A stretch of 64,000 bases of DNA from Syntrophales bacterium (GTDB lineage Bacteria > Desulfobacterota > Syntrophia > Syntrophales > UBA6807). The stretch is from NCBI GenBank assembly GCA_040767195.1, contig JAXGPA010000001.1, positions 128,001-192,000 on the forward strand, read 5' to 3'. The position numbers were made by a program, and so were the translations under genes. The notes below the pieces were generated by a model, which was not told the DNA's origin, made no database searches, and was given only the letters and a program-made list of their open reading frames with translations. This document shows, in pieces, positions 42,758-51,780 of the stretch; the stretch's first letter is position 1, and the number at the start of each line of letters is the position of its first letter.

Positions 42758-43411
42758 TCACCCGTCGAAAACGGTTTTTCTTCTGAACCCCTCGATCAGT
42801 ATCTTCATGCCTTCCCGGACATTCGACCGGATCCGCTCTTCCCGGGTCGACTCCTTTCCCGTAAAAACATGAAGGGAGATGATCCCGTTCAGAAGCCCCC
42901 AGACGGCGTTCCGGCTTTTTTTCAGATCGTTGGTGCAGGCGAACTCCCCTGACGAGAGGCCCAGGTTGAAAATTTCCTCGATGACCCTGATGGTTTGGTT
43001 TGTCGCCCCGATAAGGTCACGCTTTATCTCTTCGGAAAAATTGAAAGGAACGGTCTGAAGCATGAAGTTCATGAGTATCCGGAAAAGCTCCCGGTCGGAC
43101 AGGAAGAAATCCACGTAGGCTTCGGCGAAGCGGGCCAGCATTTCCGAGGCCGGCGCTTCCGTCTCCCGGAGTTCGCGCATCTTTTCATTGAATTTCTCGA
43201 TGTCGGTGAGGAGAACGTGGGCGTAGATTTCCTCCTTGCTCTTGAAATAGAGGTAGATCGTTCCCTTGCTGAAGCGGGCCTCCCGGGCGATGCCCTCCAT
43301 GGTCACTTTCTTGAAGCCCCGCTCCAGGAACTGCCTGCGGGCGGCCCGGAGGATGACCCGCTTGCGCTGTTCCTTTTCTTTCTTCCGCCTCTGTTCGACC
43401 CTTGCCGCCAT
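42758..43411 (-). CDS. TetR/AcrR family transcriptional regulator
   Basis: TMEGIAREARFSKGTIYLYFKSKEE helix-turn-helix; first gene of the fad operon. Confidence 0.9.
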   Translation of the reverse strand: MAARVEQRRKKEKEQRKRVILRAARRQFLERGFKKVTMEGIAREARFSKGTIYLYFKSKEEIYAHVLLTDIEKFNEKMRELRETEAPASEMLARFAEAYVDFFLSDRELFRILMNFMLQTVPFNFSEEIKRDLIGATNQTIRVIEEIFNLGLSSGEFACTNDLKKSRNAVWGLLNGIISLHVFTGKESTREERIRSNVREGMKILIEGFRRKTVFDG

Positions 43412-43433
43412 GAAACGCCGCTTGAAAAGTTTT

Positions 43434-43482
43434 TGACCACCGGTTATTTTTTGAATTATGGTCATTTAATGACCGACGGTCA
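43434..43482. promoter_or_regulatory. Candidate TetR operator sites
   Basis: Perfect palindrome TGACCGACGGTCA (43470-43482) and variant TGACCACCGGTTA (43434-43446) upstream of tetR. Confidence 0.55.
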
Positions 43483-43752
43483 GAAAAGAACATACAGAAT
43501 GCATTCTTCAAAGTCAAGAAAAAAATAACCGGAAAAAATAAGGACGCTTGAAAGCCTTGTCCGCCCCCCCCTGACTCTCTGTCTCCCCGGCGATCCGGGA
43601 GGCCTGACACGCGAAAAACCATTGACAGGCCTACCCCTTTGTGCTACCCAAGAAGGCGAAATATTTCATAATCACAGAAAATTACCCCGGGTGGAGAAAC
43701 CCTTTCAACGGCCGGGGTTCTTTTGAAAACGAAGGGGACAGGGCAGGCTCAC

Positions 43753-44130
43753 ATGACGCTCTTCGAAGTGATGGACATACTGAACGCCAGGCTTCTTGTC
43801 GGCCGGAAGCTTCTCAACACGGAGGTGAAGACGGCTTTCTCCGCCGACCTGCTGAGCGACGTTCTCGCCTATGCCCGCCCCGGGAGCGTCCTCCTCACGG
43901 GCCTGACCAATCCCCAGGTCGTTCGAACGGCGAGCGTCCTCGACATCGCCGCCATCATCCTCGTGCGGGGAAAGATACCGCCCGCGGAGACCCTCCGCCT
44001 GGCGGAGGAACTGGGGGTTCCCATGATGGCCACCCATTACATCCTCTTCGAGTCATCGGGGCGGCTTTACAGCCGCGGCATGGTCGGCTGTATCCAGAAG
44101 GTCGGGAACGATGAGATTATGGCCCTATGA
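43753..44130 (+). CDS. DRTGG domain protein
   Basis: ADLLSDVLA, LLTGLTNPQVVRTA, ILVRGK. Confidence 0.85.
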   Translation: MTLFEVMDILNARLLVGRKLLNTEVKTAFSADLLSDVLAYARPGSVLLTGLTNPQVVRTASVLDIAAIILVRGKIPPAETLRLAEELGVPMMATHYILFESSGRLYSRGMVGCIQKVGNDEIMAL

Positions 44131-44558
44131 GCCTGATATGTGAAGCGTCATTCCCCGTCCGGGGAGGGGATTTCAAGGACGCGGGGAAAGTGGCTGTCCA
44201 GATAAAAGCGACCCTGAAGAAGCTGGGCATCGACCCTGAAATCCTGCGAAGGGCCGCCATCGCCGCTTATGAATCGGAAGTCAACATCATCTCCTATGCC
44301 CGGCTTGGGAAAATTCACCTGCAGGTGGACCCCGACAGAATCCTGATGAATGTGGAGGACGAAGGCCCCGGTATCGAAGACATTGAACTGGCCATGAGGC
44401 CGGGGTATTCAACGGCGAGCGACCTGATCCGGGAACTGGGGTTCGGGGCGGGCATGGGGCTTGTCAACATCAAGCACTGCGCCGACGAGTTCGAAATCAC
44501 GTCAATGGTGGACCAGGGGACGAAGCTCAGGATATTGATTCACGTCCCTGACGGATAA
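44127..44558 (+). CDS. Anti-sigma-factor-like (RsbW/RsbT) Ser/Thr kinase, HATPase domain
   Basis: YESEVN, DEGPGI, GYSTA, GFGAGMGL, GT. Confidence 0.85.
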   Translation: MSLICEASFPVRGGDFKDAGKVAVQIKATLKKLGIDPEILRRAAIAAYESEVNIISYARLGKIHLQVDPDRILMNVEDEGPGIEDIELAMRPGYSTASDLIRELGFGAGMGLVNIKHCADEFEITSMVDQGTKLRILIHVPDG

Positions 44559-44583
44559 ACAAAAAAACCGAGGGTGGGCGAAA

Positions 44584-44925
44584 ATGAACCTGGCTTCCGT
44601 GGTGGAAAAATTGAACCTGAGAGTGGCCTGCGGACAGGGAGGGCTTGAACGGCCCGTCCGGGGCGGGTATGCCGGCGATCTTCTCAGCGATGTCCTGGCG
44701 AACAGCAGCGAGGGGGATCTCTGGATCACCCGGCAGAACCACCAGAACATCGTGGCGGTGTCGAGCCTCAAGGATCACGCCGGGATCCTCCTGGTCCAGG
44801 GGAAGGAGCCGGAGGCGGATACCCTGGAAAAGGCCGTCAAGGAAGGCATCCCCATCCTTGTCACCGAGCTGACCACCTTTGAAATAGCGGGCCGCCTGCA
44901 CCGGCTTCTTCACGGGCCTTCGTAA
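44584..44925 (+). CDS. DRTGG domain protein
   Basis: GYAGDLLSDVLA, WITRQNHQNIVAV. Confidence 0.85.
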   Translation: MNLASVVEKLNLRVACGQGGLERPVRGGYAGDLLSDVLANSSEGDLWITRQNHQNIVAVSSLKDHAGILLVQGKEPEADTLEKAVKEGIPILVTELTTFEIAGRLHRLLHGPS

Positions 44926-45025
44926 GCGGGACCTTTCAAGGGTCGAAGGGGCGGACCCTTCGGGAAAGTCCGTCATCCCGACAGGGAGGTCGACAAAAGG
45001 ATGACAACCGGAACGATCAATCGAG

Positions 45026-45763
45026 ATGATACAGGAATTCCGATGCGATCTTCATATCCACACGTGCCTGTCGCCGTGCGGGGACCTGGGCATGTATCCC
45101 ACGGCCATCGTGACGAGAGCCCTCGAAGCGGGTCTCCATGTCATCGCCGTCTGCGACCATAACGCGACGGAAAACGTTCCCTCGGTCATCCGGGCCGCGG
45201 CGGGGAAGCCTCTCACCGTCATCCCGGGGATTGAGGTGACCAGCCGGGAGGAAGTGCATCTCCTGGGGCTCTTTGATAACATGAACGCTCTATCGGAACT
45301 TCAGGACATGGTCTACCGCTCCCTCAAGGGGTCGAACCGGGAAGAGAAGTTCGGCTGCCAGGCCGTCGTCAACGAATATGACGAAGTCGAAGGGTTCAAT
45401 GAACGGCTCCTCATAGGGGCGTCGGAGATTCCTCTTCGCCGTGTCGTTGAAGAGATTCACCGCCTGGGAGGGATTTCCATCGCGGCTCATGTCGACAGGG
45501 AAAGCTTCAGCATTCTCGGGCAGCTGGGCTTCATACCCGAGGATCTTCCCCTTGACGCGCTGGAACTTTCCCGCCGAACGGGACCGGCGGAAGCCCGGAA
45601 GTTGTTTCCCCGCATCGCCCGCAGGCCCGTTCTTCGAAGCTCCGACGCCCATTTTATCGAGGACATCGGCAGTGCCTCGACGGTCATCGCCATGAAAGAA
45701 CCGGTTATGGAAGAGTTCAGGAAGGCTTTCCGGGGTGTGGACGGGAGGTACATCAAAACGTAG
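45026..45763 (+). CDS. PHP-domain phosphoesterase
   Basis: DLHIHTCLSPC, CDHN, GIEV, AHVDR, SSDAH. Confidence 0.87.
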   Translation: MIQEFRCDLHIHTCLSPCGDLGMYPTAIVTRALEAGLHVIAVCDHNATENVPSVIRAAAGKPLTVIPGIEVTSREEVHLLGLFDNMNALSELQDMVYRSLKGSNREEKFGCQAVVNEYDEVEGFNERLLIGASEIPLRRVVEEIHRLGGISIAAHVDRESFSILGQLGFIPEDLPLDALELSRRTGPAEARKLFPRIARRPVLRSSDAHFIEDIGSASTVIAMKEPVMEEFRKAFRGVDGRYIKT

Positions 45764-45766
45764 CCC

Positions 45767-46315
45767 ATGCTCGAACTGTCCATGCACATTCTCGACATCG
45801 TGGAGAACTCGATCCGGGCGGGGGCGACCCTGGTCTCCATAGCCATCGAGGAAGACCTGGAGGGGGACCGTTTCCGCATCGAAATCACGGACGACGGCTC
45901 GGGCATGGACGCGGAAACCTGCCGGAAGGCCGTCGATCCCTTTTACACGACCAAGACGGTGCGGCGGGTCGGCCTGGGCCTTCCTCTCTTCCGGCAGGCC
46001 GCTGAAATGACCAACGGATCCTTCTCCATTCGTTGCGGTTCTTCGGGAGGAACGACCGTCTCGGCGGAATTCCAGAGAAGCCACATCGACCGCCAGCCCC
46101 TGGGAGACATGGCTTCCACCCTGAAAGCCCTGTTGGCGGGGAACCCCGCCATGGACCTCGTCTATACACACGGGAGAGCCGGCGCCTCCTACCGTCTCGA
46201 CACCCGGGAAATCCGAGGGGCGCTGGACGGCATCCCCATGGATCACCCGGAGGTCCTGCGGCTGATCGGGGAAAATGTTCGGGATGGGCTTCGGGAAATA
46301 AAGGCGAACCAGTAA
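45767..46315 (+). CDS. HATPase_c ATP-binding protein (histidine-kinase-like)
   Basis: ELSMHILDIVENS, DDGSGM, DPFYTTK, GLGLP, HIDRQPLG. Confidence 0.85.
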   Translation: MLELSMHILDIVENSIRAGATLVSIAIEEDLEGDRFRIEITDDGSGMDAETCRKAVDPFYTTKTVRRVGLGLPLFRQAAEMTNGSFSIRCGSSGGTTVSAEFQRSHIDRQPLGDMASTLKALLAGNPAMDLVYTHGRAGASYRLDTREIRGALDGIPMDHPEVLRLIGENVRDGLREIKANQ

Positions 46316-46354
46316 GTTTAAGATATAGAGATACATAATAAGGAGGAGAAATGA

Positions 46355-46849
46355 ATGAAACCCGGAAATGACGATCAACTGAAAGAATTTACACCGGAAC
46401 AGATCCAGGAACTCGACCGGATCATCGAGGATCACAAGGGCAGGCCGGGAGGTCTCATCCCCGTCCTTGAAAAGGCCCAGGTCGCTCTCGAGTACCTTCC
46501 CATGGCGATTCAGAAACGGATCGCCCGGGGATTGAACCTGCCTCTCAGCCAAGTCTACGGTGTCGTCACCTTCTATTCCTTTTTCACCATGACGCCCCGG
46601 GGACGCCACACCTGCCGGGTGTGCCTGGGAACGGCCTGTTACGTCCGGGGCGGAAAGAGCATCGCCGATAACATTCAGAAAACCTATGGCGTCACGGAAG
46701 GGGAAACGACACCCGATCGCCGGTTCACCTACGAATCGGTCCGCTGCCTCGGAGCGTGCGGGCTCGGTCCCGTGGTCGTCGTGGACGAGGACGTCCACGG
46801 CCGGGTCAAGCCGTCCAAGGTCAGGGAAATCCTCAACCAGTACAGTTAA
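46355..46849 (+). CDS. NuoE/HndA-like [2Fe-2S] subunit
   Basis: VYGVVTFYSFF, CLGTAC, CLGACGLGP. Confidence 0.9.
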   Translation: MKPGNDDQLKEFTPEQIQELDRIIEDHKGRPGGLIPVLEKAQVALEYLPMAIQKRIARGLNLPLSQVYGVVTFYSFFTMTPRGRHTCRVCLGTACYVRGGKSIADNIQKTYGVTEGETTPDRRFTYESVRCLGACGLGPVVVVDEDVHGRVKPSKVREILNQYS

Positions 46850-46876
46850 CGAAAAGCACAGGCACGGAGCGCAATC

Positions 46877-47260
46877 ATGGGAAAGATAAAAATCGAAGAC
46901 CTCAAGAAGATCAAGGAACGGATCGGTTCGGAAAACGCCCTCCGGGCGGGCGAACGGCGGGTCAAGGTGACCGTCCACATGGGAACCTGCGGAATCGCCG
47001 CGGGCGCCAGGGAGGTCATGAATTCCCTGATCAATGAAATCAACGAGTCGGGTGTGAACGACGTGGTGGTCACCACGTCGGGATGCATGGGCCTCTGCAG
47101 CCGGGAACCCCTCGTCACCGTCGAGGTTCTCAGCGAGGAACCGATCAAGTACGAGCATGTGGACCCGAACAAGATGCGCCAGATCTTCAAGCGCCACATC
47201 CTGCAGGGTGAAGTCCAGACCCCCTTCGTCCTGGCCAAGGGCCGGGAAAAGACCGAATGA
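46877..47260 (+). CDS. Thioredoxin-like [2Fe-2S] ferredoxin (HndB-like)
   Basis: HMGTCGIAAGA, GCMGLCSREP. Confidence 0.87.
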   Translation: MGKIKIEDLKKIKERIGSENALRAGERRVKVTVHMGTCGIAAGAREVMNSLINEINESGVNDVVVTTSGCMGLCSREPLVTVEVLSEEPIKYEHVDPNKMRQIFKRHILQGEVQTPFVLAKGREKTE

Positions 47261-47280
47261 CATAAGGAGGTTCATATCCG

Positions 47281-50200
47281 ATGAAGGTATTCCGCTCTCA
47301 TATATTGCTCTGCGGGGGAACGGGCTGTCACGCCTCCGGCAGCATCGCCGTCCGGAAAGCTCTTCTGGAGGAGCTGGACAAAAGGAAACTTTCCGATGAA
47401 ATCCGCCTGGTGGAAACGGGGTGCAACGGCTTCTGCGCCATGGGGCCGATCCTCGTCGTCTACCCCGAGGGGATCATCTATATGCTCGTCCAGCCCGGCG
47501 ACGTGCCCGAGCTGGTGGAGGAGCATTTCATCAAGGGACGGCCCCTGGAGAGGCTCTTCTACAAGGAGCCGACGACGGAAGAAGTGATCCCGACGATGCA
47601 GGAGATCCCCTTTTTCGCCCTTCAGGAGCTCCGGGTTCTTCGGAACCGGGGGCTCATAGACCCCGAGAAAATCGACGAGTACATCGCCCGGGACGGTTAT
47701 TCCGGCCTGGCCAGGGCCCTGTCGGAGATGACCCCGGAAGAGATCGTCGATGTCGTCCTCAAGTCCGGCCTCCGCGGCCGGGGAGGGGCGGGGTTTCCCA
47801 CGGGACTGAAATGGAAATTCGCCGCCCAGTCTCCCGGGGACATCAAGTACGTGCTCTGCAACGCCGACGAGGGTGATCCCGGGGCTTTCATGGACCGGAG
47901 CGTCCTGGAGGCGGACCCTCACTCGGTCCTCGAGGGCATGGTCATCGGGGCCAAGGCCATCGGGGCCCACAAGGGTTACATATACTGCAGGGCCGAATAC
48001 CCCCTGGCCCTGAAACGGCTTGACATCGCCATCGAACAGGCACGGGAGTACGGGCTTCTCGGCCAGGACATCCTGGGGACCGGCTTCGACTTCGACATCG
48101 AGGTCTACCAGGGCGCCGGCGCCTTCGTCTGCGGTGAGGAAACGGCTCTCATGACCTCCATAGAGGGGAAGCGGGGAATGCCCCGGCCACGGCCGCCTTT
48201 TCCCGCCCTGAAGGGCCTCTGGGGAAGACCGAGCGTCCTGAACAACGTGGAGACCCTATCCAGCGTCCCCGAGATCATCCTGAAGGGCCATGAGTGGTAT
48301 GCCTCCGTGGGAACGGAGAAAAGCAAGGGGACCAAGGTTTTCGCCCTCACGGGGGACGTGAACAACGTCGGCCTCGTGGAAGTGCCCATGGGAACGACCC
48401 TGGGGACGATCATCTACGACGTGGGAGGCGGGATCCCCGGCGGCAAAAAATTCAAGGCCGTTCAGCTCGGCGGGCCCTCGGGAGGCATGATCCCCGTCCA
48501 GCACCTGAACGCTCCCGTGGATTACGAAACCATCTCCGACCTCGGGGCCATCATGGGCTCCGGCGGCATGATCGTCATGAACGAGGACAAGTGCGCCGTC
48601 GACATGGCCCGCTTCTTCATGGACTTCTGCCAGGAGGAATCCTGCGGGAAATGCACGCCCTGCCGCGAAGGAACGAAGCGGATGCTCGAGATCCTGACGA
48701 ACATCTGCAACGGAAAAGGCAAGGAAGGGGACATCGAGCTTCTCGAGGAAATGGCCGCCATCATCAAGGATGCCTCCCTGTGCGGCCTCGGCCAGACGGC
48801 TCCCAACCCCGTCCTGAGCACCATCCGTTATTTTCGAAGCGAATACGAAGCTCACATACGGGACAAGAGGTGCAGCGCCGTGGTCTGTTCCGCCCTCTTC
48901 AAGTCGCCCTGCCAGCACGCCTGTCCCATCGGCATGGATGTTCCCTCCTACGTCGCCCTGATCCGGGCCGACCGCCTGGAAGACGCCTACAAGGTCATGC
49001 TCCGGACGAACCCCTTCCCGTCTGTCTGCGGGCGGGTGTGCGACCACCAGTGCCAGTCCAAGTGCCGCCGGCAGACCCTGGACGAACCCGTGGCCATCAA
49101 GTTCCTGAAGCGGTTCATCACCGACAGCGCCGACCGGCCCAAAGTGGAGAAAGTTCCCGTGACGAGGAACGAAAAGATCGCCGTGGTCGGCGCCGGGCCG
49201 GCGGGCCTCACCGCCGCCAAGGACCTCGCTCTCAGGGGTTACTCGGTGGTCGTTTTCGAGGAGCTTCCCGAAGCCGGCGGCATGCTCCGTTACGGGATTC
49301 CCTCCTACCGGCTTCCCCGAAACATCCTGGCGAAGGAAATTGAGGCCATCGCCGCCCTGGGTGTGGACATCCGGTGCAACACCCGGATTGGACGGGACAT
49401 CTCCCTGGAACAGGTCCGGAAAGAATTCGATTACCTCTACCTGGCCCCGGGGGCTCACAAAAGCCAGCGCATGGGCGTGGAAGGAGAAGACCTCCAGGGC
49501 GTTTACGGCGGTGTCGAGTTTCTGCGGGACTTCAACCTTGATGAGGAGAAGTGGCTCAAGGGTGAAAAGACCCTGGGCCGGAAGGTGGCCGTGGTGGGCG
49601 GGGGGAACTCGGCTATCGACGCCGCCCGGTGCGCCTTGCGCCTGGGTGCGGAAGTCACCATCCTTTACCGACGCCTCCGGGCCGACATGCCCGCGGCGGA
49701 AGAGGAAATCGTCGCGGCGGAACACGAAGGCATCAAAATCGAGTACCTCGTGGCTCCCCTCAAAATCGTCGGAAAGGACGGCAACGTGACGGGCATCCGC
49801 TGTCAACGGATGGAACTGGGCGACTTCGACCGCTCCGGCCGAAGGCGGCCCGTGGCCGTTCCCGGTTCCGAGTTCACCCTGGACGTGGACGCCGTCGTCG
49901 CCGCCATCGGCCAGGCGCCGGACGTCTCCTTCGTTCCCGGTGACAGCGGGGTGGCCGTGAACAAGTGGGACACCTTCGATGTGGAAAAGGGCACGAAAGC
50001 CCAAACCAGCCATCCGAAAGTCTTTGCCGGGGGGGACGCCGTCACGGGACCCTGGACGGTCGTCGGCGCCATCGCGGCAGGACACCAGGGAGCCGAAGAA
50101 ATCGACAGCGCCATCCGGCTGGCCAACGGCGAACCGCCCTACGAGGCCCCCGCCGAGGAAGCCATCGACATCCCCGCCGTCATTGACGAGGAGACGGAAG

Positions 50201-50337
50201 AACGCCCCCAGGCGGCCATGCCGGAGCTGGAACCGTCGGAGCGGAAAAGCAACTTCCGGGAAGTGGAGACGGGGTTCGCCAAGGATGTAGCCATCCAGGA
50301 AGCGATCCGCTGCCTCCGGTGCGACCTGGAAATCTGA
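47281..50337 (+). CDS. NuoF/HndC-like flavoprotein fused to a GltD/NfnB-like FAD-NAD(P) oxidoreductase
   Basis: CGGTGC...CNGFC, GRGGAGFP, NADEGDPG, CGKCTPCREG, SLCGLG, CQHACP, CGRVC, GAGPAG, GGGNSAID, YRR, RCLRCD. Confidence 0.9.
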   Translation: MKVFRSHILLCGGTGCHASGSIAVRKALLEELDKRKLSDEIRLVETGCNGFCAMGPILVVYPEGIIYMLVQPGDVPELVEEHFIKGRPLERLFYKEPTTEEVIPTMQEIPFFALQELRVLRNRGLIDPEKIDEYIARDGYSGLARALSEMTPEEIVDVVLKSGLRGRGGAGFPTGLKWKFAAQSPGDIKYVLCNADEGDPGAFMDRSVLEADPHSVLEGMVIGAKAIGAHKGYIYCRAEYPLALKRLDIAIEQAREYGLLGQDILGTGFDFDIEVYQGAGAFVCGEETALMTSIEGKRGMPRPRPPFPALKGLWGRPSVLNNVETLSSVPEIILKGHEWYASVGTEKSKGTKVFALTGDVNNVGLVEVPMGTTLGTIIYDVGGGIPGGKKFKAVQLGGPSGGMIPVQHLNAPVDYETISDLGAIMGSGGMIVMNEDKCAVDMARFFMDFCQEESCGKCTPCREGTKRMLEILTNICNGKGKEGDIELLEEMAAIIKDASLCGLGQTAPNPVLSTIRYFRSEYEAHIRDKRCSAVVCSALFKSPCQHACPIGMDVPSYVALIRADRLEDAYKVMLRTNPFPSVCGRVCDHQCQSKCRRQTLDEPVAIKFLKRFITDSADRPKVEKVPVTRNEKIAVVGAGPAGLTAAKDLALRGYSVVVFEELPEAGGMLRYGIPSYRLPRNILAKEIEAIAALGVDIRCNTRIGRDISLEQVRKEFDYLYLAPGAHKSQRMGVEGEDLQGVYGGVEFLRDFNLDEEKWLKGEKTLGRKVAVVGGGNSAIDAARCALRLGAEVTILYRRLRADMPAAEEEIVAAEHEGIKIEYLVAPLKIVGKDGNVTGIRCQRMELGDFDRSGRRRPVAVPGSEFTLDVDAVVAAIGQAPDVSFVPGDSGVAVNKWDTFDVEKGTKAQTSHPKVFAGGDAVTGPWTVVGAIAAGHQGAEEIDSAIRLANGEPPYEAPAEEAIDIPAVIDEETEERPQAAMPELEPSERKSNFREVETGFAKDVAIQEAIRCLRCDLEI

Positions 50338-50357
50338 AATCACCCGTGCTTTGCGAT

Positions 50358-50389
50358 AAAAGCCCCGCCTTTCCCGGCGGGGCTTTTTT
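50358..50389 (+). terminator. Intrinsic terminator closing the oxidoreductase operon
   Basis: AAAAGCCCCGCC-TTTCCC-GGCGGGGCTTTTTT. Confidence 0.8.
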
Positions 50390-50499
50390 ATCGGCAAGCC
50401 GGTCGATCCGATGGTCCCGTTTGACAAAACGGGATCCGTTACCAAAATTAAAAAAAAGGATTGCAATCAACCGGCTAACCCGGTGAGAGGGAATAACGG

Positions 50500-50964
50500 A
50501 TGGATCACAGCCTGTTTTTTCGGGAATGGACCTGGGACGGCCGGGGAAAATACATCGACGACAAGGGACAGATCATGCCCTTTGAAGGCACGGCGAGAAC
50601 CTTTCACGAGGAAGGCCTGTGGCTCCACGAAGGAAAGATGACTCTCACGCCCGTAGAAGGGCCGCCCCTTTCCATTGTAAACCGACAGGAGGTCCTCCCC
50701 TTCGAAAAGGAAACGATGATAACAGAATGGACCACACGGAATCCCCATCTCGGGGTCCTGACGGGACACTTGGTCATCGTCGACGAGGCCATTCTGTCCC
50801 TCTGCCGCTCGGAAAACGGCCTTTTTACAGGCTGCGAGACGTTCCTGCGGATTGACGATGAAATGTACGGCAGCTGGGGAACCCTATTCCGGCAAGGGGA
50901 GCGGATCTCGTCGTGGACGCTTCGATTCAGGAAAAAGGCCCAGGTCGATAAGCCTAATGAATGA
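50500..50964 (+). CDS. Hypothetical protein (beta-rich)
   Basis: 154 aa ORF with GAGGGG RBS, co-oriented directly upstream of msrA. Confidence 0.6.
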   Translation: MDHSLFFREWTWDGRGKYIDDKGQIMPFEGTARTFHEEGLWLHEGKMTLTPVEGPPLSIVNRQEVLPFEKETMITEWTTRNPHLGVLTGHLVIVDEAILSLCRSENGLFTGCETFLRIDDEMYGSWGTLFRQGERISSWTLRFRKKAQVDKPNE

Positions 50965-50970
50965 GCGACA

Positions 50971-51780
50971 ATGAGAAAGGGTGTCCTGATTTTCACTTTT
51001 TTCCTGGGGATTGCCGCGTTCTTCCTGATCACCGGAATTCCGGGGACGTCGATTGTCAAAAATGCACCGGACTCGGATTTCCCGGGAAAAGAGAGAAAAG
51101 AACCCATGATTGAAATACGGAAAAAGGCTTCTCCGCAAAGGTCGCTCCCCCTGATGGACCTGGCCCGTCCCGAGAATGTGGAAACAGCGACTTTTGCCCT
51201 CGGCTGATTCTGGGGACCCGACTCCCGGTTCGGGAGCCTGCGGGGCGTAATCCGGACGAAGGTCGGGTACGCCGGCGGGAATAAGGAAAATCCCACCTAT
51301 TACAGCCTGGGCGACCACAGTGAAACCGTCCAGGTCGTTTACGACCCCACCGTCATCAGCTACGGGGATCTTCTCGACATCTTCTTCGAAAGCCACGATG
51401 CTGTGAAACCATCCTGGTCCCGCCAGTACGCTTCGGTCATCTTCTACCATGACGATCGTCAGAAAATGCTGGCGGCGGAAAAGAAAAAAGCCCGGTCCGA
51501 TGTTCTTGGGACGCGGCTCTTTACGGACATCGTCCCCTTTACCGTCTTCTATCCGGCAGAGGACTACCACCAGAAATATCACCTGAAACGGCACGGGGAA
51601 CTTGCCGGCTCGTACGAGGCCATCTACCCGGATCCGGAAGATTTCGTCCGGTCCACCGCCGTGGCCCGGGTCAACGGTTATGCCGGGGGATACGGCCTCG
51701 CCTCGCAGCTCAAGGAAGAAATCGACCTTCTCGGCCTGTCGGAAAAGGGACGGGCCGTCCTACTGAAACTTGTTCGGTAA
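50971..51780 (+). CDS. msrA: Peptide-methionine (S)-S-oxide reductase MsrA, probable selenoprotein (UGA at 51205-51207 read as Sec)
   Basis: Continuous frame ATFALG-[TGA]-FWGPDSRFG...VGYAGG..PTY..GDHSETVQVVYDP...QYASVIF...FYPAEDYHQKY; TGA occupies the catalytic Cys position of GCFWG. Confidence 0.88.
51208..51245 (+). promoter_or_regulatory. Bacterial SECIS-like stem-loop
   Basis: CTCCCG-GTT-CGGGAG (51222-51236); loop starts with G about 20 nt after UGA; lower CCCG/CGGG pairing. Confidence 0.65.

Noticed and set aside
46355..50337. Respiratory complex I or glutamate synthase
   Set aside because: No other nuo genes or gltB nearby; architecture matches soluble Hnd-like modules.
50971..51207. 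msrA as a pseudogene or two separate small ORFs
   Set aside because: The only interruption is a TGA exactly at the catalytic Cys, with a downstream hairpin and otherwise intact motifs; selenocysteine is the better explanation.
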